This document shows positions 29,530 to 39,433 of a stretch of 57,418 nt of DNA, piece after piece; positions within the stretch are counted from its first letter, which is position 1; each line of letters starts with the position of its first letter. Below the pieces are notes generated by a model. That model was not told the DNA's origin. It saw nothing but the letters and a program-made list of their open reading frames with translations, and did not search any database. The position numbers were made by a program, and so were the translations under genes. The stretch spans positions 1-57,418 of the forward strand of contig JADHVQ010000004.1 in NCBI GenBank assembly GCA_016783905.1. Reading direction: 5' to 3'. The DNA is from Bacteroidales bacterium (GTDB lineage Bacteria; Bacteroidota; Bacteroidia; Bacteroidales; FEN-979).

Positions 29530-30633
29530 ATGAAGCTTTCGTCACGTATGGTGAGCACCTCCCGGTACCCTGTCATGATAGGGGAGGAGGCGTTGGAACA
29601 GCTCCGGAAGCACCTGACACGCTGCCGGAAGCTAAAGTCAAAGCTGTTCATCCTGACCGATGCCAATACCCAACGGTTTTGCCTTCCCAAACTCATCACA
29701 CGCATCCCGGAGCTGGAGGAAGTGACCATGCTGAGCATCGACAGTGGGGAGGAGGTGAAAAGCCTCCGTACGGCTGAGTATCTCTGGAAAGAACTTGGGT
29801 CACAGCAGGCGGATAGGAGTTCCCTGCTGATCAACCTGGGTGGCGGGGTGGTGACTGATCTTGGTGGTTTTGTAGCTTCATCGTTTCATCGCGGAATCGA
29901 AACGGTGCACATTCCCACCTCCCTGATCGGTCAGATTGATGCGGCAATCGGGGGTAAGACAGGCGTGAACATGGATGTGCTTAAAAACCAGGTGGGGAGC
30001 TTTTGGGCCCCGAAGGGAGTCTACGTATGGCCCGGATTTCTCGAGACTCTGCCCCGGGACCAGGTGCGTTCAGGACTGGCTGAGGTTGCCAAAACGGCTC
30101 TTATTCGCGATGAACAGTTCTGGCGGTGGCTCTCACGGAAACCGGTTCATAAGATTTTGGAGATCCCTTTTTCCGATCATTTTTGGAAGGAGCTCCTCCT
30201 GAATACCATTCGGATCAAACTGGAGATTGTCCGTCACGATCCGTTTGAACGGAACCAGCGGAAGCTGCTCAACTTTGGCCACACCATCGGTCATGCCATC
30301 GAGTCGCTGGCCCTGCGGCGCGAAACCCCTGTGCTGCATGGTGATGCCGTAGCTGCCGGAATGGCCTGCGAAAGCTTCCTATCGGTTCAGCGAACCGGCC
30401 TGGATCCCCTTCAGCTGGAAGCGATCAATGGCTGGATCCAGCAGGGATTCGGAAAGCTGCCGTTGCTGCAGGAAGATGAATCGGTACGTATGGACATGAT
30501 GCAGCACGACAAGAAAAACAGGCAACAGGAGATCCGCTTCACCCTCCTCTCACGCATCGGTCAGGGCAAGATCAACCAGGTATGTTCGCCGGATCAGATC
30601 CGAGACGCCTTCGGAAAGTATTACAACCTCTGA
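29530..30633 (+). CDS. aroB: 3-dehydroquinate synthase
   Basis: GEEVK, LGGGVVTDLGGF, DAAIGGKTG, LNFGHTIGHAIE, HGDAVA, DKK. Confidence 0.96.
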   Translation: MKLSSRMVSTSRYPVMIGEEALEQLRKHLTRCRKLKSKLFILTDANTQRFCLPKLITRIPELEEVTMLSIDSGEEVKSLRTAEYLWKELGSQQADRSSLLINLGGGVVTDLGGFVASSFHRGIETVHIPTSLIGQIDAAIGGKTGVNMDVLKNQVGSFWAPKGVYVWPGFLETLPRDQVRSGLAEVAKTALIRDEQFWRWLSRKPVHKILEIPFSDHFWKELLLNTIRIKLEIVRHDPFERNQRKLLNFGHTIGHAIESLALRRETPVLHGDAVAAGMACESFLSVQRTGLDPLQLEAINGWIQQGFGKLPLLQEDESVRMDMMQHDKKNRQQEIRFTLLSRIGQGKINQVCSPDQIRDAFGKYYNL

Positions 30634-30644
30634 TCGACATACTG

Positions 30645-32093
30645 ATGGCTGTTTACACCATTACCAAAGAGAACCAGACCCTCACCGGCCATATTTCCCT
30701 GCCGGCTTCCAAGAGTATCAGTAACCGGTTGCTGATCATCCGGGCTTTGTGTAGCACCGACATCCAATTGGAGAACCTTTCGATGGCCGAAGATACCCTC
30801 CTGATGCAGGAGCTGCTACAGCAGATACAGGATGTTTCCACCGTTTCACCCCATCCGCTCGATACCCGGAATGCTGGTACCGTGATGCGATTCCTCACTG
30901 CCTATCTCACGACGAAACCCGGTATCTGGCTCCTGCACGGCAGTGACCGGATGCATAAACGACCGGTTGGCATTCTGGTAGAGGCACTCCGAAGCCTGGG
31001 TGCGGCTATTGATTATGCGGGCTTACCAGGATACCCTCCGCTGAGGATCACCGGCAAGCAACTACAGGGAGGAGAGGTGACCGTGGATGTTTCCGTCAGC
31101 AGCCAGTTTGTATCCGCTCTATTGATGATTGCCCCCTGCCTGCCCGCAGGCCTCACCATACGGATGATCGGAGAACAGGTTTCCTTTCCTTACGTAGAGA
31201 TGACCCGGCGGCTGATGGAAGAGTTCGGGGCCGTTGTGGAACGACAAACAGACTCGCTGATCGTCAAGCACGGGCATTACCGGACCGAAATGATCCACCC
31301 CAGCGGTTACCAGGTGGAGTCCGATTGGTCGGCAGCAGCCTTCTGGTACGAAGCTGCGGCCCTTTCTGACTCCGCTGAGATCCGGCTTCCCGGGTTACGC
31401 AAAGACAGCCTCCAGGGAGATGCGGTGGTTGCGGAGATCTTCAAACACCTCGGTGTTGAAACGATATATGAGAAGGAGGGAGTTTTATTGACAAGGCAAA
31501 AGGCACAAGGCAAGAGGCATAAGTCGGCAGTGGGCAGATGGCAGTCTAAAAAAACCGTTCCTCATTCCTCACTCCTCATTCCTCATTCCCCTTCGTCCCT
31601 CGTCCCTCGTCCTTCGTCCCTCGTCCCTCGTCCTTCGTCCCTCGTCCCTCGTCCTTCGTCCCTCGTCCTTCGTCCTTCGTCCCTCGTCCTTCGTCCCTCG
31701 TCCCTCGACCTTTCCGCACACCCCGATCTCGTTCCACCGCTGATCGTGACCTATGCTGCACTGGGGATTCCCTCCCGTTTTTCCGGACTTCAGCACCTGA
31801 AGATCAAGGAGAGTGACCGGTTAAAAGCATTGCAACAAGAGCTTCATCGCCTGGGATTTACCCTCAGGATTCCGGAACCTGGGATCATCGAGACGGTTTC
31901 CGGAAAACCGGCCGTTTCTCCAGCCATCTCCCCGGTAATTGTCGAGACCTACAGCGACCACCGGATAGCCATGGCGTTTGCCCTGCTGGCTCTGAAAACA
32001 GGGATCATCCGCATCGCAAACCCCTCCGTGGTCTCAAAGTCCTACCCTGGCTTCTGGAAGGAGATGAAACGCATTGGATTCGAAATTCGTTAG
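30645..32093 (+). CDS. aroA: EPSP synthase with a ~60-70 aa repeat-derived insertion
   Basis: PASKSISNR, NAGTVMRF, SSQFVSALL, ESDWS, KIKESDR, DHRIAM, VSKSYP.F; start MAVYT at 30645. Confidence 0.93.
   Translation: MAVYTITKENQTLTGHISLPASKSISNRLLIIRALCSTDIQLENLSMAEDTLLMQELLQQIQDVSTVSPHPLDTRNAGTVMRFLTAYLTTKPGIWLLHGSDRMHKRPVGILVEALRSLGAAIDYAGLPGYPPLRITGKQLQGGEVTVDVSVSSQFVSALLMIAPCLPAGLTIRMIGEQVSFPYVEMTRRLMEEFGAVVERQTDSLIVKHGHYRTEMIHPSGYQVESDWSAAAFWYEAAALSDSAEIRLPGLRKDSLQGDAVVAEIFKHLGVETIYEKEGVLLTRQKAQGKRHKSAVGRWQSKKTVPHSSLLIPHSPSSLVPRPSSLVPRPSSLVPRPSSLVLRPSSLVLRPSSLDLSAHPDLVPPLIVTYAALGIPSRFSGLQHLKIKESDRLKALQQELHRLGFTLRIPEPGIIETVSGKPAVSPAISPVIVETYSDHRIAMAFALLALKTGIIRIANPSVVSKSYPGFWKEMKRIGFEIR
31494..31704 (+). 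repeat. Composite heptamer arrays inside aroA, including (TCGTCCY)x16 at 31593-31704
   Basis: AGGCAnn x3, GGCAGnn x3, YTCCTCA x4, then 16 contiguous TCGTCCC/TCGTCCT units. Confidence 0.95.
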
Positions 32094-32276
32094 ACGTTAG
32101 ACGGATGACTATATGACCGTATTTCGTATTTCCGTATGACAGTATGACCAAATGACCGTTCATATTTTTTCGTACATTTGACCCTTAATTCCTTTGCTTC
32201 GGCATCCCGCTTGGGTGGGAACCTTCGCAACGACATATATCCCTAATCGCTAATCACTGATCCCTAATCCCCACTT
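32088..32276. repeat. Intergenic mosaic of short arrays plus a degenerate palindrome
   Basis: cgttaga x2 over the aroA stop; ATGAC-containing octamers; ttgcttcg...tcgcaacgac with inner tcccgc/gtggga hairpin; atcccta atcgcta atcactg atcccta atcccca; TACATTTG at 32173-32180. Confidence 0.7.
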
Positions 32277-32996
32277 ATGCTCGTCGACATTTTCATCCCC
32301 TGCTTCATTGACCAGATCTATCCCGAAACAGGGATCAATATGGTGCGGGTGTTGGAGAAACTGGGGGTGTCAGCGCACTACAACGGGAATCAGACCTGCT
32401 GCGGTCAGATGGCTTTCAACAGTGGCTTCTGGGATGAGGCCAAGGAAATGGGGGAGAAGTTTATAAAGGATTTTCCCAACGACCGCCCCATTGTGGGCCC
32501 TTCAGCATCCTGCACCGGGTATGTACGAAATTATTTCCCCTGGCTTTTTCACAATACAGCGTTTCATTACGAATACAAACAGCTGCGGAAGAACATCTAT
32601 GAGTTTACTGACTTTGTGGTGAACATCCTGAAGAAAGAGGATGTGGGTGCCACCTTCGAACACGTGGTGACCTACCACAGCTCTTGTGCTTCCCTGCGGG
32701 AGTATGGATTGAAAGATGAACCACTACGGCTTCTTTCCCATGTAAAAGGACTGGAGTTAAGGGAGATGAAGGATCAGGATGTCTGCTGTGGCTTCGGTGG
32801 AACATTCTCCGTGAAGTTTGAGCCTATCTCCACTGCCATGGCCGAACAAAAGGTCAAGCATGCTGTAGAAACCGGCGCCGAATACATTGTTTCAACCGAT
32901 TCCTCCTGCCTGATGCACCTTCAGGGTTATATTGACAAACATAACATACCTGTCAAGACAATCCACATCATCGACGTGTTAGCTTCTGGTTGGTAA
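32277..32996 (+). CDS. (Fe-S)-binding CCG-domain protein (LutA/YkgE family)
   Basis: FIPCFID, QTCCGQ, SASC, YHSSC, CCGFGGTF, DSSCLMH. Confidence 0.88.
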   Translation: MLVDIFIPCFIDQIYPETGINMVRVLEKLGVSAHYNGNQTCCGQMAFNSGFWDEAKEMGEKFIKDFPNDRPIVGPSASCTGYVRNYFPWLFHNTAFHYEYKQLRKNIYEFTDFVVNILKKEDVGATFEHVVTYHSSCASLREYGLKDEPLRLLSHVKGLELREMKDQDVCCGFGGTFSVKFEPISTAMAEQKVKHAVETGAEYIVSTDSSCLMHLQGYIDKHNIPVKTIHIIDVLASGW

Positions 32997-33009
32997 ATAA
33001 TCTGGTACA

Positions 33010-35163
33010 ATGAGCACTGAACATTATGCTCAGATCCTTGCCACCGAACTTGGTGTGGCAGAAGCCTTTATAAAGAGCACTATCCATCTTCTGGAGAGCG
33101 GAGCCACCATTCCCTTTATTGCCCGTTACCGGAAAGAGATGACCGGAAGCATGGATGAGACCGTGATCACCCGGGTACGTGACCGGTTGCAGCAGCTCAA
33201 AGATCTGGATGCCCGACGGGAGACAATCCTCAGATCGCTGCGTGAGCAGGAGAAGCTGACCGATGAACTGGAGGAGGCTGTGATGAAAGCGGCTTCCATG
33301 GCCGAGCTGGAAGATATCTACCTGCCTTACAAACCCAAGCGCAAGACCCGCGCCAGCATGGCCCGCGAGAAAGGGTTGGAACCCCTGGCCAAGATTATTA
33401 TGTCGCAACGGTATGATGATATTGAACGCCGTGCCGAGTCATTCATTGATCCGGAAAAAGGGGTCAACGATGTGGAAGAGGCGCTACAGGGCGCCAGCGA
33501 TATCATCGCCGAGTGGGTCAATGAAGATGCCTATGCCCGCAAGCGGATCCGTCAGCTCTTCCAGCGCGAATCCATCATCACTTCGAAAGTGGTGAAGGGA
33601 AAAGAGGAAGAGGGGGCCAAATTCGAGACCTATTTCGACACACATGAACTGCTGCATAAAGCGCCTTCACACCGGATTCTGGCGATGTTTCGCGGGGAGA
33701 AGGAGGAATTTCTCAAGGTGAATGTGGAGGTGGAAGAGGATCGGGGAGAGGAGATCCTCGGACGAATCTTCATCAAAGGGAACAACGCCTCCTCGGAGCT
33801 GGTAGCGAAAGCAATCAGGGACTGCACCAAACGCCTCCTATACCCCAGCATGGAGACCGAAATGCGGCAGTGGATCAAAGAGAAAGCGGATGAAGAGGCG
33901 ATCCGTGTCTTTGCTGAAAACCTTCGTCAGTTGCTGATGGCTCCCCCGCTGGGACAGAAGCGGGTGCTCGCCATCGACCCCGGATACCGGACCGGTTGCA
34001 AGATCGTCTGCCTCGATGCCCAGGGGAAGCTGCTTCATAACGAAACGATCTACCCGCATCCTCCGCAAAATGAGGTGAAGGAGTCGATCCACAAGATCAA
34101 AACTCTTGTCAAGGCTTATAAGATCGAAGCGATCGCCATCGGCAACGGCACGGCCAGCCGTGAAACCGAGCGCCTTGTCCGCTCCATCCGGTTCGATACC
34201 GACCTCATTGCACTGGTGGTGAACGAAAGCGGCGCTTCGGTCTATTCGGCCAGCGATGTGGCCCGAAAGGAGTTCCCCGATTTCGATGTTACTGTAAGGG
34301 GCTCCGTGAGCATCGGCCGCCGGTTGATGGACCCGTTGGCCGAACTGGTGAAGATCGATCCGAAATCAATTGGCGTGGGACAGTACCAGCACGATGTCGA
34401 TCAATCAGCACTGCAACAGAGCCTGGCCGGCACAGTCGAGAGCTCTGTCAACATGGTGGGGGTAGAGGTCAACACCGCCAGCGAACAGCTGCTTACCTTC
34501 GTGTCAGGTGTCGGCCCAAACCTGGCCAGAAACATCATCAGCTTCCGGAACCAACATGGCCCTTTTTCTTCCCGCCAGGAGTTTATGAAGGTTCCCCGTT
34601 TCGGTGAGAAAGCCTTCGAGCAGTCTGCCGGCTTCCTCCGGATCCGCGAAGCCAAAAACCCACTCGATGGAAGCGCGGTCCATCCCGAGAGTTACCATGT
34701 GGTAGATAAGATGGCCAAACGGCTGAAATGCTCCATCCCGGATCTCATCGCCAGAGCTGAGTTGCGGAACCAGATCGACCTGAAGGAGTATGTGACCGAG
34801 AAGACAGGCCTGCCCACCCTTGAAGATATTATCACGGAGCTGGCGAAACCGGGCCGGGACCCGAGGATGAAGTTTGAGATCTTTGAATTTGATAAAAATA
34901 TCCATGCCATTCATGATCTCCGTCCAGGGATGAAGCTCCCCGGCATCGTTACCAACATCACTGCCTTCGGAGCGTTTGTGGATTTAGGTGTGCACCAGGA
35001 CGGGCTGGTCCACATCAGCCAGATGGCCGACCGGTTTGTGAGGGACCCCAACGACATAGTGAAGATCAATCAAAAAGTGATGGTAGAGGTGCTGGATGTT
35101 GACATCAACCGGAAACGCATCCAGCTTTCGATGAAAGGACTGAATAATAACGGGGGGAATTAA
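33010..35163 (+). CDS. tex: Tex family transcription accessory protein
   Basis: GATIPFIARYRKE, DPGYRTGCK, GNGTASRET, ESGASVYS, IGVGQYQHD, C-terminal S1 domain. Confidence 0.96.
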   Translation: MSTEHYAQILATELGVAEAFIKSTIHLLESGATIPFIARYRKEMTGSMDETVITRVRDRLQQLKDLDARRETILRSLREQEKLTDELEEAVMKAASMAELEDIYLPYKPKRKTRASMAREKGLEPLAKIIMSQRYDDIERRAESFIDPEKGVNDVEEALQGASDIIAEWVNEDAYARKRIRQLFQRESIITSKVVKGKEEEGAKFETYFDTHELLHKAPSHRILAMFRGEKEEFLKVNVEVEEDRGEEILGRIFIKGNNASSELVAKAIRDCTKRLLYPSMETEMRQWIKEKADEEAIRVFAENLRQLLMAPPLGQKRVLAIDPGYRTGCKIVCLDAQGKLLHNETIYPHPPQNEVKESIHKIKTLVKAYKIEAIAIGNGTASRETERLVRSIRFDTDLIALVVNESGASVYSASDVARKEFPDFDVTVRGSVSIGRRLMDPLAELVKIDPKSIGVGQYQHDVDQSALQQSLAGTVESSVNMVGVEVNTASEQLLTFVSGVGPNLARNIISFRNQHGPFSSRQEFMKVPRFGEKAFEQSAGFLRIREAKNPLDGSAVHPESYHVVDKMAKRLKCSIPDLIARAELRNQIDLKEYVTEKTGLPTLEDIITELAKPGRDPRMKFEIFEFDKNIHAIHDLRPGMKLPGIVTNITAFGAFVDLGVHQDGLVHISQMADRFVRDPNDIVKINQKVMVEVLDVDINRKRIQLSMKGLNNNGGN

Positions 35164-35169
35164 ACGTTA

Positions 35170-35211
35170 ACGAATTACGAATGACGAATGACGAATGACG
35201 AATGACGAATG
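35170..35211. repeat. Heptamer array (ACGAATG)x5 plus one variant, supplying the next start codon
   Basis: acgaatt then acgaatg x5; the last ATG is at 35209. Confidence 0.95.
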
Positions 35212-35922
35212 AAAAAGTTTCTCCTCTCTCTCCTGGTTCTTCTCTCTTTTCTCTTCCCCGGAACCGGAAATCTTTACTCTCAACGGATCCTGGGGGCGCT
35301 TTCGGCCGGGATCAATCTCTCCCAGGTCGATGGGGACGAGGTTTACGGATTCAAAAAAGTAGGTTTCAACGGCGGTCCCTCCATCATCATCCCCTTCGGA
35401 AAGAAGCAGCGGTGGTCGGTCACCATGGAGTTGTTATTTTCCATGAACGGATCCTATCAAAAAGGTGGTACCGATACGGTGCAACCCGATCCTAACCAAC
35501 CAGCTTCTTATAGTGGTTATAAGTTGAACCTGAACTACATTCAAATTCCGGTGATGGTCCATTTCACCGATAAAAAGATTATCGCCGGAGGTCTTGGTTT
35601 TGCCTATGGACAGCTGGTAGGTGTAAAAGAGTGGGAAAATGGCGTTAGAATCGATACTACTACCCTCCAGGGACCTTATACCCTTGCCGATTTTCAGGTG
35701 CTTGCCGATGTGAGGTTGCGGATCTGGAAAAGACTTTGGGCGAATGTTCGCTACTCTTACTCCCTGGTACCTATCCGAACGAGGTATTTTGAAAACATCA
35801 CCGGGAAGCAGGTATGGACCCGTAAGCAGCACAACAATGTGATCACCTTCCGGCTAACCTATATCTTTAACGACCCATACGTAAGACCTCAGGAAGGAAG
35901 AACGAAAAAGCAAAAACAATAA
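35209..35922 (+). CDS. Outer-membrane beta-barrel protein (OMP_b-brl_2/PorT-like)
   Basis: Signal peptide; G.N.SQVDGD...G..K.G, LNYIQIPV, NNVITFRLTY. Confidence 0.8.
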   Translation: MKKFLLSLLVLLSFLFPGTGNLYSQRILGALSAGINLSQVDGDEVYGFKKVGFNGGPSIIIPFGKKQRWSVTMELLFSMNGSYQKGGTDTVQPDPNQPASYSGYKLNLNYIQIPVMVHFTDKKIIAGGLGFAYGQLVGVKEWENGVRIDTTTLQGPYTLADFQVLADVRLRIWKRLWANVRYSYSLVPIRTRYFENITGKQVWTRKQHNNVITFRLTYIFNDPYVRPQEGRTKKQKQ

Positions 35923-35942
35923 CGGATCGCCCCGACATTCCG

Positions 35943-36356
35943 TCAGAACAAAGATCTCGTTGCAGGTTTTATTCTGTATCCCGGAAATTCACACGGAGGG
36001 TTTCGCAGTTTGGCTTCCAGCAGGGCCAGCGGACCGGTTGCGATGAAGGAGAAATCACCTGTAACAGCCCACACATTTTTTCGTCCGGCGAGTGAAGCTC
36101 CTATCGCCAGCGGGATGCTGCCGCCCATGTATGTGATTATGTCGAAACAGTTCCAGGGCAGGGCAGAGTATTGACTTATTATTCCGGTATCGCCAGTGAC
36201 AATATCGCCACCATATTTTTTATATACCCTGAAAAAGGGTTCATACTTCTCTACTGCTTTTTTCCAGTTCTCCGGCGTGTCCTCCGGGATGATAACCACC
36301 AATCCGGCCGTAGTCCCGCACTGGAGCGAATCGGAGAGGCTGTTGGCTGCTTTCAT
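35943..36356 (-). pseudogene. Fragment of a TPP-binding domain (IorA-like)
   Basis: VTGDTG, MGGSIPLAIG, VTGDFSF; the motif stops before the usual Asn and no N-terminal domains are present. Confidence 0.55.
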
Positions 36357-36391
36357 AAGGTGATTTACGATTTACGAAGTACGATTTAGTG

Positions 36392-37201
36392 TTAGATTAT
36401 CCGCTTAATCAACCTCAGCTTATGCGTATACTTCTCCTGCTTTCCGTCGTAGATCCCCTGGTGGTCGATGGCATCGATGCGGACGTTGCCGGAAGCGTGG
36501 ATGATACGGAACCTGTCGGCCAGGATGCCCACATGGTTGATGTTTCCCTCTTCGTCGTCGAAGAAAGCAATATCGCCGGGCTCCGCTTCATCAAGCAGGG
36601 TAACCACCTCTCCCTGGGTTGCCTGCTGGGGGGCATCCCGGAGGAGTTTGATCTGCCTCAGCCGGTAGACCATCTGTACCAGCCCCGAGCAATCGATACC
36701 AAATGGGGAACGTCCTCCCCAGAGGTAGGGTGTATGGAGATACATCGTGGCATCTTCCACCAGGTCGTGACAAAATTCCTTTTTTTCCTGAGGGGTCTCA
36801 ATCTCCTCGACACCGGAAGTAATTGAAACCTGCCCCTCGAAGCGGAAGTTCTCCCCGGCGATTGAGAAGAACTGACCCTCCAGTCCCGGCATTGAGCTGC
36901 CTAGCGGGATGGCGAACATCGTTTTCTGTGATTCGTTCGCGATCAGCTGAACCAGGTCCATCACCGCAGGTGTGTCGGCATTCATCAACTGCAGGAACTC
37001 CTGCTCTTCAATCATTCTGGCCTGTTTTTCAGGGATCCACCCTTCGTAGTTGTCCCAGGCCAAACGTACCTGGTGCCATCCATCATATGTTTCGTAGATG
37101 CGGAAGAGTTCACCAAAAAGGAGCTGAGTAGTCATTTCCGAGAGATGAGAGGGCTCCTTTCTGACGGGAACAATGCTTTGGAGGTTGATGCCGAATTCCA
37201 T
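36392..37201 (-). CDS. SH3 + NlpC/P60 (C40) peptidase, YkfC-like
   Basis: VPVRKEPS..SEM.TQLLFGE, YEGW, PYLWGGRS..GIDCSGL, HVG, IIHAS; TAATTTTG at 37221-37228. Confidence 0.92.
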   Translation of the reverse strand: MEFGINLQSIVPVRKEPSHLSEMTTQLLFGELFRIYETYDGWHQVRLAWDNYEGWIPEKQARMIEEQEFLQLMNADTPAVMDLVQLIANESQKTMFAIPLGSSMPGLEGQFFSIAGENFRFEGQVSITSGVEEIETPQEKKEFCHDLVEDATMYLHTPYLWGGRSPFGIDCSGLVQMVYRLRQIKLLRDAPQQATQGEVVTLLDEAEPGDIAFFDDEEGNINHVGILADRFRIIHASGNVRIDAIDHQGIYDGKQEKYTHKLRLIKRII

Positions 37202-37283
37202 TTGGGGATTTTTAGAGACTCAAAATTACGAACATATGAGGAAAAACAAAACCTTTTCACAGGAATCGCGGCAATCCATTGCC

Positions 37284-39227
37284 TCACTTTTCACCCGTAA
37301 CGGGGGTGGAGGGAAAGAATGCGATGTTGACAGGTTCGACCTCCATGAGGTTGTTGACCTTGAGTAACAACGATTGGTATGGCTCAAAGTTCAGGGTTGT
37401 GGATACGGAGTAACCCTTGTAGTTTATCGTTACCTTCCTGACAACCGTCTCCTCCGTGTAGGACTGTCCGTAGGACAATGGGTAGGTCAACTCCCGGGTT
37501 TTCGGATTGGCGAAAAAGAGGTAAAGGCCATCGGTGGTCTCGCGACTCCAGAACTCGGGGAGATCAACTCCTTCGACAAGGGGGGGGGATGGGATTACCT
37601 TGTTCAGATCGGCAGAAACATTGGGTAACGATTTGAGGGCGATAAGCGCCTCCTGGTATTGGGGAGAGAAAATGGTCCCCGGTTCAGAGAGATCATGTTT
37701 CAGACAAACGGGCAAACCACTCTGTGCCAGTAACATGATCCAACGTAATGACTCAAACTCCATGTAATTCACATCAATGTATAAACTGGTGATCCTGGAG
37801 TCGCCACAGAAGAAGTTCCCTTCTTCATCTCGTGTAATGGAAAACAGGAAGTTCTGGTTGATCCATACAGGCTGGTATCCTCGGATCTCTTCCGGCGCGT
37901 TGACGTAGCGCAGTTCATAGGTTCCCCAGGCCCATGGAAATTGCAGTGAATCAGGGTATTCCACACTCATCCAGCTGTCTTCCAGAGGCAGGTAGAGAGC
38001 CATGGAGGTGTAGGGCTTCCCGGCCCGCATAAAGGTGGTCACCCGCTCCAGGTATTTGTTAAAGGGAGGAAGTTCCTGGGCAAAGTGAGCATCCGGACCC
38101 ACATGCACCGATGCATAGAACTGGTTGGAGCCGTCTTTGGGATTGAAAGGCATCCCGTGCCAGATAAGTTGGTTGACCCCATTGGCGAAGAGGGCATCGG
38201 CCACCAGTTTCAGATCGGCAATCTGTTCCTGCTTTTGGAAAGGGCCTGGTCCGGGCCACCCTTTCCAGCCATAGAGACAGGTAAAAGCTTCCGCCGAAAC
38301 CACCGGTTTGGAAGAGAGGATCGCCGCAGAAGCAGGGATCCGGGCAAAGGAGGGTTGGAACAGCATCGCTTCGGTTTCGGGAATATCTACCAGGGAAAAG
38401 GCAGTCAGGAGGTCGGTTGGGGAACCGCCGCACTGAACCCGTGTGAAGGCTCCGTAACGGTGCGCTACCTCTGTGAAGGGGGCGTAGAAATGGTAGAGGA
38501 CGTAGTCGGAGAGTTGTTTCATATAGTCGTAGAATACAGGTTCGAAACCGGGCCTGTAAAGGCTATCCATCAGAGGGAGGATGTCGTAGCCATATCGCCG
38601 TGAAAACTCCTGGTCAAATCCCCTGGTCCAGAGTTTCCGGGTCTCCACCTCCCAGGAATCGCAGAAGAGGGCCGAGTAGCTGCCGTTGAGGGCCGGTCTG
38701 AGACTGCTGATCAACCGCTGGGCGTATCGCATCAGTGCATCCCTATCGAGGTGGTTGATCACCCTTCCCCTTACCGGGTGCTCCCAGGTCAGCCTCATCG
38801 TGCGTTTTGAAATGGTGTCACCGGCGAATATCGTTCCATCTTCGGGAGACACCTGGCTGTCGCCGAATGGCCAAAGCGTCCCAAAGGTGAAGTCGCAGGC
38901 TAACCCAATGCTGTTGGCATAACGTTTGGCAAAGGCCGCCGACTGAGCCCATTCGCGCGACAGCCAGGGAAACCGCTTTGCGGCAGAATCTCCACCAGCA
39001 GGGTAGACCCAGGCGATCTCCACCCCGCCGAACTCGTTCGTCCTGATCCAGTCGAGCTGGTATTGAATGTCGTTGGTATCGATCTCAGAAGCAAACCACC
39101 ACCAGCGAGTGAAAGGCTTGGCAATCGTGAAGTCGGTGTATTCGGTGTGCTGGCCTTGGCCGGTATCAGGGCGGAAGAGGAACAGAAGACCGATCAAGAG
39201 AGAAATTATCAGGTATTTTTGCTTCAT
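37284..39227 (-). CDS. Secreted glycoside hydrolase (GH106-like catalytic barrel)
   Basis: Signal peptide; KPFTRWWW, FGGVEI, FCDSWE, DIPETE, SAEAFT, GVNQLIWHG. Confidence 0.7.
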   Translation of the reverse strand: MKQKYLIISLLIGLLFLFRPDTGQGQHTEYTDFTIAKPFTRWWWFASEIDTNDIQYQLDWIRTNEFGGVEIAWVYPAGGDSAAKRFPWLSREWAQSAAFAKRYANSIGLACDFTFGTLWPFGDSQVSPEDGTIFAGDTISKRTMRLTWEHPVRGRVINHLDRDALMRYAQRLISSLRPALNGSYSALFCDSWEVETRKLWTRGFDQEFSRRYGYDILPLMDSLYRPGFEPVFYDYMKQLSDYVLYHFYAPFTEVAHRYGAFTRVQCGGSPTDLLTAFSLVDIPETEAMLFQPSFARIPASAAILSSKPVVSAEAFTCLYGWKGWPGPGPFQKQEQIADLKLVADALFANGVNQLIWHGMPFNPKDGSNQFYASVHVGPDAHFAQELPPFNKYLERVTTFMRAGKPYTSMALYLPLEDSWMSVEYPDSLQFPWAWGTYELRYVNAPEEIRGYQPVWINQNFLFSITRDEEGNFFCGDSRITSLYIDVNYMEFESLRWIMLLAQSGLPVCLKHDLSEPGTIFSPQYQEALIALKSLPNVSADLNKVIPSPPLVEGVDLPEFWSRETTDGLYLFFANPKTRELTYPLSYGQSYTEETVVRKVTINYKGYSVSTTLNFEPYQSLLLKVNNLMEVEPVNIAFFPSTPVTGEK

Positions 39228-39266
39228 GGGATGCTGTGTTTGATGATACGAAGATCGGGAAAAAAG

Positions 39267-39431
39267 TTACTCGTCCTTCGCCTTCTTCAATTCCTCCAAC
39301 GCGCAACCGCCACACTCATTGGAACAGTTTCTGCACTTCCGCAGGGGATCTGTAAAATATTTTATCAGCCGGTAAACCGCGTAGACGACTGCTGCAAAAA
39401 TAATCAGGCCGGTGATGAGATGCTGCCACAT
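39267..39431 (-). CDS. FeoB-associated Cys-rich membrane protein
   Basis: MWQHLITGLIIFAAVVYAVY...KCRNCSNECGGCAL; directly after feoB. Confidence 0.85.
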   Translation of the reverse strand: MWQHLITGLIIFAAVVYAVYRLIKYFTDPLRKCRNCSNECGGCALEELKKAKDE

Positions 39432-39433
39432 AA

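Noticed and set aside
31593-31704. CRISPR array
   Set aside because: Contiguous 7-nt units with no unique spacers, and no cas genes; the same applies to the other arrays.
31569-31796. Small minus-strand ORFs with DEGRRT/DEGRGT repeats
   Set aside because: Antisense read-outs of the aroA heptamer array.
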